Shown: positions 8,723 through 16,307 of the stretch, piece after piece
Layout of the letters: the number at the start of each line of letters is the position of its first letter
How positions within the stretch are numbered: the first letter of the stretch is position 1
Origin: a virus
Lineage: Duplodnaviria > Caudoviricetes
Reading direction: 5' to 3' (one strand)
IMG/VR virus record: IMGVR_UViG_3300020360_000006
Location: 1-36,393 of that record
Length of the DNA stretch: 36,393 nt
Notes under the pieces: model-generated
Database searches by the model: none
Seen by the model: the letters and a program-made list of their open reading frames with translations, nothing else
Told to the model about the DNA's origin: nothing
Position numbers and translations under genes: made by a program

Positions 8723-8993
8723 CCACTTCTTTAGATTTAATTTCACCACCGATTGCTAAATAACCATTGCTATCTATCCAATCATCTTTGTTGTAACTAC
8801 CAGATTTTGTTCTGCCAATTTTCATTAATGCAAGTAAGACAGATACCATTTCAGGGGAAATGCTTTGATCAAGATATGCCGACCATAGAGTTGCTATGTT
8901 TTGAAAGTTTTCATGGTAATCTCCATGCTGTTCAGCTCTATCTTTTTGTACTAAATTTTTAGCTGTATCTAAAATCTCACTTGCATAAATCAT
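8679..8993 (-). CDS. DUF6378-family phage protein
   Basis: DRAEQHGD...NFQNIA.LWSAYL...LLALMKIGR...DDWID..GY motif. Confidence 0.8.
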   Translation of the reverse strand: MIYASEILDTAKNLVQKDRAEQHGDYHENFQNIATLWSAYLDQSISPEMVSVLLALMKIGRTKSGSYNKDDWIDSNGYLAIGGEIKSKEVDDKEYEKQRSFNTE

Positions 8994-8996
8994 ATG

Positions 8997-9308
8997 CTAA
9001 TCCTTGTTAGGAGCATTATATTTTGGTTTTAATCTGATATTGACCATACCATTATATTGTTGAAAGATTTGTCTTACCAACTCATTGACTGGTCTACCAT
9101 TTGCATCAGTTTGCTCACCAAAATCTAGATAAGCATCAAACTGAACCCAACCCTTATCAAGCTTTGATTGTTCAACAAGTGCAGTCTCAAGCATAATGTT
9201 GCTTGAAAATTCTTGTTTCTTTTTCCAGTATGCTTGAAAATCTGGTGCGCTTGGGTGTGGTTTTTCACCATCAGTTACCTTCGCATTAATATACATTGCT
9301 TCTGACAT
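8997..9308 (-). CDS. Putative ssDNA-binding protein
   Basis: HPSAPDF motif; position downstream of exonuclease and ERF-like genes. Confidence 0.4.
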   Translation of the reverse strand: MSEAMYINAKVTDGEKPHPSAPDFQAYWKKKQEFSSNIMLETALVEQSKLDKGWVQFDAYLDFGEQTDANGRPVNELVRQIFQQYNGMVNIRLKPKYNAPNKD

Positions 9309-9320
9309 AATGTTTCCTTT

Positions 9321-9836
9321 CTAATTTTTTTTTAAAACATTGGTTAAATCTACCGGATTGTTAGAAGCGCCTCCGGCAAATGTCTTTCCTTTATCAATGT
9401 CTTGATCATCCTCAACACCAATAAAAAAACCTTTTTGTTGCGCATATTTACTGGCATAACTGCTAACTTGCCCACACAACATCGCATCATTAATTTTCGG
9501 ATTCCATTTTAAATAGGCATAACCCTTGCCAACAAACTTTCTTTCATTAAAAAGATTACCATCTGCATTTTTTTGTAACTCAGGATTTTCTACAATGAAT
9601 GTTGCATGACAACCTACACCAAGGTCATCTTTCTCATAATGTAGTTCCATTTGTGGTATCAGATTTTCTTGCAGACAAGCATCTTTCACAGCTTTACATA
9701 TAGCATTATGTGTAAACCCTTTTACAAATCCTTGTTCTTTTTGCACATCAGCACAGTTATTAATTGCATCATAAAGCTTTTCACTTGTACCTTTATATGC
9801 AGTTTGTTTAATTTCTTTTTGTTTTTTTTCTGCCAT
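9321..9836 (-). CDS. erf: ERF-family single-strand annealing protein
   Basis: GFTHNAI..AVK, GQVSSYASKYA...F.I...QDID match ERF motifs. Confidence 0.7.
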   Translation of the reverse strand: MAEKKQKEIKQTAYKGTSEKLYDAINNCADVQKEQGFVKGFTHNAICKAVKDACLQENLIPQMELHYEKDDLGVGCHATFIVENPELQKNADGNLFNERKFVGKGYAYLKWNPKINDAMLCGQVSSYASKYAQQKGFFIGVEDDQDIDKGKTFAGGASNNPVDLTNVLKKN

Positions 9837-9837
9837 T

Positions 9838-10830
9838 TTATTCTCCTTGATTAAACCATTTTGCTTTTGCAGTTTTAAGATATTCAGGTTCTATACCTTT
9901 CCATTTAAAATTATTAAAATCAGGTTGTATGATCATGTATAGATCTCTAGGATCGCTTACTAGCTTTAAGAGATTTTGTTTAGTAATAGCTTTCAATCTA
10001 AAATAATCTAAGTAAGATTTTAATTGTTCAGCTTGTATCTCTCCAAAGTCTTGAGCTTCATGTAACACTGCCCCACTTTCACTTGCATACAAAATATCTA
10101 AATCCAATTCCAAAGCTTTTCCGTACAATGCTAATTGTGTAAAATGCTTGTCCATTGGTGCATTTGGTAGACTTGGTTTTTGCCAAATCCTTTCTCCTTG
10201 CTTATGATTTTTAAAATCTTTTTTATATTTTTTCTTAGTCGGATTTGCCCACATTGTTTTTAATTCAACAGCTTTCTTTATTTCGCCATCTGTAATAAAT
10301 ACATAGTCGAGCATGCCAATGACCGGCACATTTAATCCTGAGAAAGTTATTGTTATTGGGTACTGAGTAAGCATCGTGCCATACTCTTGTTTGAGGGGAA
10401 ATAATATATTTACGACATTATCTAAATAGTCTTCAACAACATCAAGATAATGTTTAATTCTGATTGCATCACTTTCATCTGCTGTACTAGGTTCATATCT
10501 TTTTATTTGATCAGCAATATTTAATAATACTTGTTTTTTAGATAACTCATTATTAACAATGTAACCCGCACCATCATCTACAAATTTACCAAATTCCATT
10601 CTCGAATGTCTTGAATATTTATGTCTGTTAGTTGGATCATTAATGTATTTTTGATACCATAGATCTAATTCTTCATTGCTGTTATTAGACATCCAGAAAA
10701 TACCGGCTTTCATCCATTCTTCACCGATTTCAAAATTGTTTCTAGCGCACCAATTTTTTATAATATCTAATTGTGTAGGATTTTTACCATCGGTAACTTC
10801 TATATCCTTGCTTGTATTTTCTACCCTCAA
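9838..10830 (-). CDS. PD-(D/E)XK exonuclease (RecE/Cas4-like recombination exonuclease)
   Basis: IGMLDYV...VELKT...QLALY motifs; paired with ERF. Confidence 0.75.
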   Translation of the reverse strand: MRVENTSKDIEVTDGKNPTQLDIIKNWCARNNFEIGEEWMKAGIFWMSNNSNEELDLWYQKYINDPTNRHKYSRHSRMEFGKFVDDGAGYIVNNELSKKQVLLNIADQIKRYEPSTADESDAIRIKHYLDVVEDYLDNVVNILFPLKQEYGTMLTQYPITITFSGLNVPVIGMLDYVFITDGEIKKAVELKTMWANPTKKKYKKDFKNHKQGERIWQKPSLPNAPMDKHFTQLALYGKALELDLDILYASESGAVLHEAQDFGEIQAEQLKSYLDYFRLKAITKQNLLKLVSDPRDLYMIIQPDFNNFKWKGIEPEYLKTAKAKWFNQGE

Positions 10831-10844
10831 ACCTTCACCAAATC

Positions 10845-10895
10845 GGTGCTACGCAAAGTTTTATGAATGTAACGAACCTACCCTTGCGTAGCACC
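10845..10895. repeat. Perfect 12-bp inverted repeat GGTGCTACGCAA/TTGCGTAGCACC with 27-nt loop
   Basis: Arms at 10845-10856 and 10884-10895, in the leader of the leftward early operon. Confidence 0.9.
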
Positions 10896-11135
10896 TAACC
10901 TCTTACAAGTTATAAAGGAGTTGTAGGTCGCTGTATTTTTGCAACACTAAAGTTCGAATTATTCGAATCATCAATGTTACCTAAAACTAATAATAGTGCG
11001 ATTTAATTTACAATGCAAAGAAAAGATAGCCACTTTAATATTTAATTTATATTAACATGAATTAAATATATAAATAACATTGAAAATCCAATGTTTTTAT
11101 GTAGCCAATATATTATGTAGATAGTTCTATTTTAT

Positions 11136-11780
11136 TTACTTTTTAATTTGATATGACGAACACATCTCTTCAATCTCATCCACAGACATATCATGCCAAG
11201 TGTAATTAAAATCAGTTCTCGAAACAGGAATTACAAATTCTATTTTATTGTCATCAAATTTTTTACCTATTTCCCACCATTTACTAGTTTTGCCTAGTGA
11301 AAGCCTAATAAATGTATATTTACCTGATTTAGTTTTTACAAAATATAACCCGCTTGTTTTTACAGGATTATTTTGACTTTCTATAAAAGTTCGGGCATCC
11401 ATTTGACGATGTTTTTCCATAAGCATCATGCAATGATCATTTACGTCATGTATACAAATCAAATTATCTACATGATTTAAATAATTTTTAAGTATAACTT
11501 TTTTATTTTTTGCAGATAATGGGTCGTTAATTGTAACAATGTCAGATACATATGGGTGTATATATCCATTTACTTCAGCGATCACATCTGTCGGTTCAAA
11601 CAACTCAAACCAAGTTTTGCCTACAATATCAGCTATTTTTTTTGCTGTTTTAACGTCCAATTTTCTTGTTCCATTGACAATTTTATTAAAATTGATCCTT
11701 GATTGACCAATTTGTTCTGCCATACTTGTTTGGCTTATGTTGGCATTGCTAAGTATTTCTTTTAGATAATTTGGTTTCAT
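11136..11780 (-). CDS. CI-like XRE HTH repressor
   Basis: ISQTSMAEQIGQSRINFNKIVNGTRKL HTH; GAGGAG RBS; divergent from a cro-like gene. Confidence 0.85.
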   Translation of the reverse strand: MKPNYLKEILSNANISQTSMAEQIGQSRINFNKIVNGTRKLDVKTAKKIADIVGKTWFELFEPTDVIAEVNGYIHPYVSDIVTINDPLSAKNKKVILKNYLNHVDNLICIHDVNDHCMMLMEKHRQMDARTFIESQNNPVKTSGLYFVKTKSGKYTFIRLSLGKTSKWWEIGKKFDDNKIEFVIPVSRTDFNYTWHDMSVDEIEEMCSSYQIKK

Positions 11781-11806
11781 TTCGTGTCTCCTCTAATTAT
11801 AGACGC

Positions 11807-11847
11807 ATTGTAGCATTATAAACAAATTGTATCAATATGTTTATAAT
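11807..11847 (-). promoter_or_regulatory. Repressor promoter TTGATA-17-TACAAT overlapped by a palindromic operator candidate
   Basis: -35 at 11830-11835 and -10 at 11807-11812 (minus strand); inverted repeat ATTATAAACA (11815-11824)/TGTTTATAAT (11838-11847). Confidence 0.7.
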
Positions 11848-11897
11848 TATAATTGTAACTTTACATATATAATAATAGTTAACATAGTTCTTTTTAG

Positions 11898-11926
11898 TTT
11901 ACAAGTAGCCAAGAATATCGTACCAA
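11898..11926 (+). promoter_or_regulatory. Putative cro promoter TTTACA-17-TACCAA
   Basis: -10 ends 6 nt before the cro ATG; no SD sequence. Confidence 0.5.
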
Positions 11927-11932
11927 TCTCCC

Positions 11933-12157
11933 ATGCGCTTACAAAAATACAGACAAATCAATAATTTAACATTGAAAAATTTGGCAGAATTGCTTGAAAT
12001 TACAGGCAAAAATCCAAGATGGACAGTAGATAGATGGTGTTTAGGGCTAAGAAAACCAAACTTTGATACGATGGAAAAGATCGAAAAAGTAACAAATGGT
12101 GCAGTAAAATATGAGGACTTTTTTAATCACTACACAGAAGTGCATGAAAAAAAGTAA
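11933..12157 (+). CDS. Cro-like HTH regulator
   Basis: LTLKNLAELL...TVDRWCLGLRKP...IEKVTNGAV..DF, typical of Cro/YdaS-like proteins. Confidence 0.85.
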   Translation: MRLQKYRQINNLTLKNLAELLEITGKNPRWTVDRWCLGLRKPNFDTMEKIEKVTNGAVKYEDFFNHYTEVHEKK

Positions 12158-12494
12158 ACTGAAATTACCTAGCACAATAGATATTAGCTATCACACCATC
12201 AAATTAGAGTTACTGAAACCTGAAATTTCACTGGAAGTTGGTGATCAGCAAGGCAGTTATGTAGCCAGAGATCAAATCATATATTTGGATAGTAGCATAA
12301 TTGAACAAGGCGGTGCAAGGGGAGTTTCGCTAGTATTACATGAAATCGGTCATGCTATTTATTACGTTTTTAATCTTAAAGATCGTGATGAAGAGCCAGT
12401 AGTAGATAGTTTTGCAAACGCATATACAGAAGTTTTAAGACGGAATAAAAAATTAACAAAGTGGATTGTGGCAAATTTACATGGCAAATTTTGA
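12144..12494 (+). CDS. HEXXH Zn-metallopeptidase (ImmA/IrrE-like)
   Basis: VLHEIGHA...DEE..VDSFAN; likely start ATG 12144. Confidence 0.7.
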   Translation: MKKSKLKLPSTIDISYHTIKLELLKPEISLEVGDQQGSYVARDQIIYLDSSIIEQGGARGVSLVLHEIGHAIYYVFNLKDRDEEPVVDSFANAYTEVLRRNKKLTKWIVANLHGKF

Positions 12495-12924
12495 TGAAAG
12501 TTTATTAGCGGGTCGTAAAGTAGAACATTTAGTACTCGATAGAATAAAAAATAAATATCCAAGTGCGGTGCTTATCGAAAATAAGTTTGCAGAGTACGAT
12601 ATTTTTGTACCAGAAAACGACACTAAAATTGAAGTAAAATTAGATAAAAAGAGTCAATTTACTGGCAATTTAGTGGTCGAACTATTCATGTTTGGCAAAC
12701 CATCAGGCATATTAAAAACAACTGCTGATTACTGGTACTGGGAGACCGGTAAAAATCTTCTCATTGCAAAACCAAAAAAAATAATTGAGTGCCTTCTTAT
12801 GAACAATATACGAACCAATGTTTTTATAGGTAAGGGTGATACACATCCAAAAACAGCATGTTTAGTGAAAATAGAATTATTAAAAAGATATTGTGAAAGC
12901 ATAAATCCAAGTTTGTTTAATTAA
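12481..12924 (+). CDS. PD-(D/E)XK nuclease-like protein
   Basis: G.KVE, YDIF, IEVK.D motifs; likely start ATG 12481. Confidence 0.65.
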   Translation: MANFDESLLAGRKVEHLVLDRIKNKYPSAVLIENKFAEYDIFVPENDTKIEVKLDKKSQFTGNLVVELFMFGKPSGILKTTADYWYWETGKNLLIAKPKKIIECLLMNNIRTNVFIGKGDTHPKTACLVKIELLKRYCESINPSLFN

Positions 12925-13511
12925 TGGCAGAAATATACGACATAGAAACAGGCATCAGAATACATAATGTAGAGCCATTTCCTGAAAAAAAGGTATATGA
13001 CATATTGTATTGCGATCCACCTTGGGAGTTTAAAACATATAATAAAAAGTCGGTAGTTCCCTATCCTACCATGACAGACGAGCAATTATATGAGTTGCCA
13101 ATAGAAAGTTTAGGCAAGGAAAACAGCATTTTATTTTTATGGGTAACTTATCCAAAATTGATTGATGCCTTAAACCTTATGGCAAGTTGGAATTATGCCT
13201 ATAAAACATGTGGTTTTTGTTGGGTAAAGAGAAACAAAAAAAGCAATAGTTTTTTCTTCGGTCAAGGATTTTATACAAGAGCTAACACCGAGCTTTGTTT
13301 AATTGGAACAAGAGGTAAAGCACCTAGAGTTAGCAGAGCTGTAAGCCAAATTATTTATGAACCTATAAGAGAACACAGTCGCAAGCCAGACATCGTAAGA
13401 GATAAAATCGTTGAATTATGTGGCGATTTACCAAGGATAGAGCTATTTAGTCGTGAAAATATTGCCGGTTGGGACTCATGGGGCTTTGATAAGGGCATGT
13501 TTAATGAGTAA
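12924..13511 (+). CDS. MT-A70 family N6-adenine methyltransferase
   Basis: DPPW, LFLWVT, TELCLIG, HSRKP and RIELFSR motifs. Confidence 0.92.
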   Translation: MAEIYDIETGIRIHNVEPFPEKKVYDILYCDPPWEFKTYNKKSVVPYPTMTDEQLYELPIESLGKENSILFLWVTYPKLIDALNLMASWNYAYKTCGFCWVKRNKKSNSFFFGQGFYTRANTELCLIGTRGKAPRVSRAVSQIIYEPIREHSRKPDIVRDKIVELCGDLPRIELFSRENIAGWDSWGFDKGMFNE

Positions 13512-13938
13512 AGATTATACAGATTACGATATATGCAATCCTAAATCACATTTTGTGAAAGTATCACAGGGTATATTTCAATTAAAGATAAGTAGCCATG
13601 CAAAGATCTTATTGATGGTTTTAATAGGATTTAAGAACAACAATAAATCAGGGGTACATCCATCACTTAGATACCTTGCAAAACAGATTAACGTAAAGTG
13701 TAGAAAGAGTGTAATGAAACCACTTAAAGAGCTAAGAGATGCCGGAATGATCGAGTGGGAACAGAAACACCACAATGGTGCTAATCATTATTACTTTGAT
13801 AGTTATAACAAGTCGAGAATAAGAGAGAAAAGATTAAGAAAGACGGGTGGTGAATCTTCCCATCGAAGGGGGGTAAATGTTCCTACCTATAAAGATATAA
13901 CACTATATAGAAATAATATAATACCGATAAAAAAATGA
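13504..13938 (+). CDS. Winged-helix (HTH_36-like) replication initiator
   Basis: HPSLRYLAKQ...SVMKPLKELRDAGMI...NHYY; likely start ATG 13504. Confidence 0.7.
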   Translation: MSKDYTDYDICNPKSHFVKVSQGIFQLKISSHAKILLMVLIGFKNNNKSGVHPSLRYLAKQINVKCRKSVMKPLKELRDAGMIEWEQKHHNGANHYYFDSYNKSRIREKRLRKTGGESSHRRGVNVPTYKDITLYRNNIIPIKK

Positions 13939-14204
13939 CATTAATTGAAGATCTACTTGGTAAGAGTAAACCTATATCAAAAGAAGAGTACAGGGCTAGG
14001 AAATTGAAAGAGCTAAAGGTTTTGGCGAGTCAGGTGTCTAAGAAGAAGAGTTTTGCCTATCAACAAGCAGTTGAACGAAACAAGAGAAGAAAAGAGTATC
14101 ATAGATCTTTACTCAAAGCTCATGCAGAAATAAGTGAAAGGAAACAAGGTGAAATCATTGCAGAATACATGTCTAAGCAAGGAAATAATGATAAAAATAG
14201 ATGA
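13935..14204 (+). CDS. Hypothetical basic protein
   Basis: ATGA-coupled ORF. Confidence 0.6.
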   Translation: MTLIEDLLGKSKPISKEEYRARKLKELKVLASQVSKKKSFAYQQAVERNKRRKEYHRSLLKAHAEISERKQGEIIAEYMSKQGNNDKNR

Positions 14205-14610
14205 TCTTATAGATTTATATGACGATTTCTTTAAGACTGATCAAAGATTACCAAAAATAGTGCCTAAATCGCTAAAAGGAAACATTATGAAATGGGAATA
14301 CCCAGAAGAATTTAGTGATAAAGTTAATACATGGAAGCAAAAGAAGAAAGTTTACATCGCACCGAGTAAAGATGATATAGATCGCTACTGGTTAGCCACA
14401 GAATTAGCATTAACTTTAACAGAGTACGATAGAAATCTAGTATATGATAGGCACAGAGGCAATTCTTACCGCAAATTAGGCAAGTTATATAACACATCAC
14501 ACGAAAAAATACGTTTGGACTATCTTACAGTGTTATTCATGTTGCAAACCCAAATAAATAGTCTTGCTGATGGCAACATCAAAAAATACATATATTTAAA
14601 AAAGAATTGA
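14188..14610 (+). CDS. DUF6362-like sigma4-type HTH regulator (putative late-gene activator/antiterminator)
   Basis: PS.DDIDR...L...DRNLV..R..G.SYRKLG..Y.TSHEKIR; AAGGA RBS before ATG 14188; last gene of the replication operon. Confidence 0.6.
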   Translation: MIKIDDLIDLYDDFFKTDQRLPKIVPKSLKGNIMKWEYPEEFSDKVNTWKQKKKVYIAPSKDDIDRYWLATELALTLTEYDRNLVYDRHRGNSYRKLGKLYNTSHEKIRLDYLTVLFMLQTQINSLADGNIKKYIYLKKN

Positions 14611-14663
14611 CAATACATACTATATGTAGTCTAAATTGAGTATAATAAGGCAACATGTATACC
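14607..14663 (+). promoter_or_regulatory. Promoter region (TTGACA at 14607; TATAAT at 14641) with two NrdR-box-like sites
   Basis: ATACTATATGTAGTCT at 14617-14632 and AGGCAACATGTATACC at 14648-14663. Confidence 0.45.
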
Positions 14664-14707
14664 TTATCGAAACTTATCATAAAAAAATCAAATATTTAGC
14701 AAAGAAT

Positions 14708-14806
14708 CATTCTACCGACTACAATAATTTTATTGTGTATTTGCGCTCACATTCTACCGGATGAAAAAAATTTATTATAGATTCACTGAAACCATTCTAC
14801 CGGATG
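14708..14806 (+). repeat. Three direct repeats CATTCTACCG(GATG) at 42-43 bp period
   Basis: Copies start at 14708, 14750 and 14793. Confidence 0.9.
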
Positions 14807-14815
14807 GTTTTTTTT
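14789..14815 (+). terminator. Intrinsic terminator formed by the third repeat
   Basis: AAACCATTC-TACC-GGATGGTTT followed by a T run. Confidence 0.65.
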
Positions 14816-14849
14816 CATTATATCTTTTAACAAAAAACATAGGAATCCC

Positions 14850-15002
14850 ATGCAATTTATTGAAAAAATAATTGAAAAGATCAAAGACTATTATTTTTTA
14901 GAATTTGAACTTTTATCAAACAAAGAAAAATTTAAAAAAGCAAGTATCTCAATTATTGCGGTTATAATTGTAATAAGCGCTATTTCTGCGCTTGTATCTT
15001 AA
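14850..15002 (+). CDS. Small C-terminally anchored membrane protein, 50 aa (not in ORF track)
   Basis: AGGA RBS; MQFIEKIIEK...ASISIIAVIIVISAISALVS*. Confidence 0.65.
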   Translation: MQFIEKIIEKIKDYYFLEFELLSNKEKFKKASISIIAVIIVISAISALVS

Positions 15003-15061
15003 ATGGTTACTATTAATTAATTATCAATACTTTTTATAAAATAAAATTAATTTATATAATG

Positions 15062-15102
15062 TGTAAATAGTTTATTTACATTGTTAACAAATACTATACA
15101 AT
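15062..15102 (+). promoter_or_regulatory. Putative promoter TTTACA-16-TACAAT with an inverted repeat over the -35
   Basis: TGTAAATA-gtt-TATTTACA at 15062-15080; TACAAT at 15097-15102. Confidence 0.55.
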
Positions 15103-15132
15103 ACGACTCATTAATTAACAAGGAGTCGTTTT

Positions 15133-15255
15133 ATGGATAATTATATAATATTAGATTCTGAATTTGATAATGAAGAGTCTTTATTTGATCAGTTAACAAA
15201 TGAATTAAATGCTAAATATTTAGATCAATCAGGGGAGTCAGAATATGACTCTTAA
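15133..15255 (+). CDS. Very acidic 40-aa protein (not in ORF track)
   Basis: AAGGAG RBS; MDNYIILDSEFDNEESLFDQLTNELNAKYLDQSGESEYDS* (12 D/E, 1 K). Confidence 0.65.
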   Translation: MDNYIILDSEFDNEESLFDQLTNELNAKYLDQSGESEYDS

Positions 15256-15577
15256 TGTAGTATCAAATAACACTGAGTCCGCTTTCTTTATTCAATTAAT
15301 GGAGTCGGACATAATAGCTAAACATGAAGCAAAAAAATTAGATCAAAAAGATATATTACTTGCTAAAGCTACAATTGACAGGGTCTTAAAAAATGTACCT
15401 CGAAAATATTGCGATAACAAATTAACTATACAAGTATATAGACGTAAAATTTTACAAGCTAACATTAAGCATTATAAGACTATTAATAGCAATATAGCCC
15501 GTCATATTGTCAATTATTGCATTGTCATTATGCAAAATGGGCTTTCTAATTTTGACAAAGGAGTCATTTATGGATGA
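15245..15577 (+). CDS. Hypothetical protein
   Basis: GGGGAG RBS. Confidence 0.65.
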   Translation: MTLNVVSNNTESAFFIQLMESDIIAKHEAKKLDQKDILLAKATIDRVLKNVPRKYCDNKLTIQVYRRKILQANIKHYKTINSNIARHIVNYCIVIMQNGLSNFDKGVIYG

Positions 15578-15713
15578 TTTCTTTAAAATTTCTATATTGT
15601 TTTTATTAATTGTAACAATAGCGCTCATGTTTAACACCGGTTACATTGTTTTGGGTGTTTGTATGTCTGTACTAACTATTATTAAAACTATTGATTTTTT
15701 TAAGGGTTGGTAA
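15570..15713 (+). CDS. Small two-TM membrane protein
   Basis: AAGGAG RBS before ATG 15570; hydrophobic. Confidence 0.6.
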   Translation: MDDFFKISILFLLIVTIALMFNTGYIVLGVCMSVLTIIKTIDFFKGW

Positions 15714-15715
15714 TT

Positions 15716-15904
15716 ATGATTAATAAAAAACATGGTTATATACGAATAAATTTAGAATTTGTTAAACCTGATAAAGACTGTAACCAAGGTTGTGATAATT
15801 TAACCAATTATGCTTGTTTTGATTGCTTATCAGATCAAGTAAAAAATAAATATCCGAACTCAATTTATACTGATGATTGTGAATGGATCATTAGAAGGGG
15901 TTAA
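15716..15904 (+). CDS. Small Cys-rich (CxxxC...CxxC) protein
   Basis: CNQGC...CFDC. Confidence 0.6.
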   Translation: MINKKHGYIRINLEFVKPDKDCNQGCDNLTNYACFDCLSDQVKNKYPNSIYTDDCEWIIRRG

Positions 15905-15906
15905 TT

Positions 15907-16122
15907 ATGCAAAATTTAAAAACAATTAAAAGTATATCTCAATTATATAATATAATGAGTGATACAAAAAATAAATCTGATGCCGATAAGCATAAAGTAT
16001 TAGATCAAAGACTTAGATTTTATTTAGTCTCTAATATTGGAATTATTAAACCTGATAACTGGGATGAATTAAGCGCTACAGAGAAACAAAGGCGCTTGGA
16101 TAAAATGGAGTCGGTAATATGA
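15907..16122 (+). CDS. Hypothetical protein
   Basis: GAAGGGG RBS; KPDNWDELS..EKQRRLD. Confidence 0.65.
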   Translation: MQNLKTIKSISQLYNIMSDTKNKSDADKHKVLDQRLRFYLVSNIGIIKPDNWDELSATEKQRRLDKMESVI

Positions 16123-16286
16123 AAATGAATGAATATAATTGTGTTATTAAGATTGAGTGGGGCTGTAATAACCATGAAGCAAAAAGCAAAGATGATTACA
16201 TTGAGAAAGTTAAAAGCCAATATTACGAGCAATATGGAATTAGCTTAGATCCTACAGAAATAACACAAATAAAAATGAAAAAATAA
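16119..16286 (+). CDS. Hypothetical protein, 55 aa (not in ORF track)
   Basis: GGAG RBS, ATGA overlap; MKMNEYNCVIKIEWGCNNHEAKSKDDYIEKVK...*. Confidence 0.65.
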   Translation: MKMNEYNCVIKIEWGCNNHEAKSKDDYIEKVKSQYYEQYGISLDPTEITQIKMKK

Positions 16287-16307
16287 TTGAAATTTAGGAG
16301 TCAATTT

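Noticed and set aside
9838-10830. Cas4 as CRISPR adaptation protein
   Set aside because: No Fe-S Cys set and no cas context; sits with ERF and SSB-like genes as a recombination exonuclease
11030-11060. CtrA box (TTAA-N7-TTAA)
   Set aside because: Spacing is not 7 here or at ~15075, and the sequence is too AT-rich to be informative
14708-14806. Mini-CRISPR array
   Set aside because: Repeat is only 10-14 bp with three units and there are no cas genes; kept as a hairpin array instead
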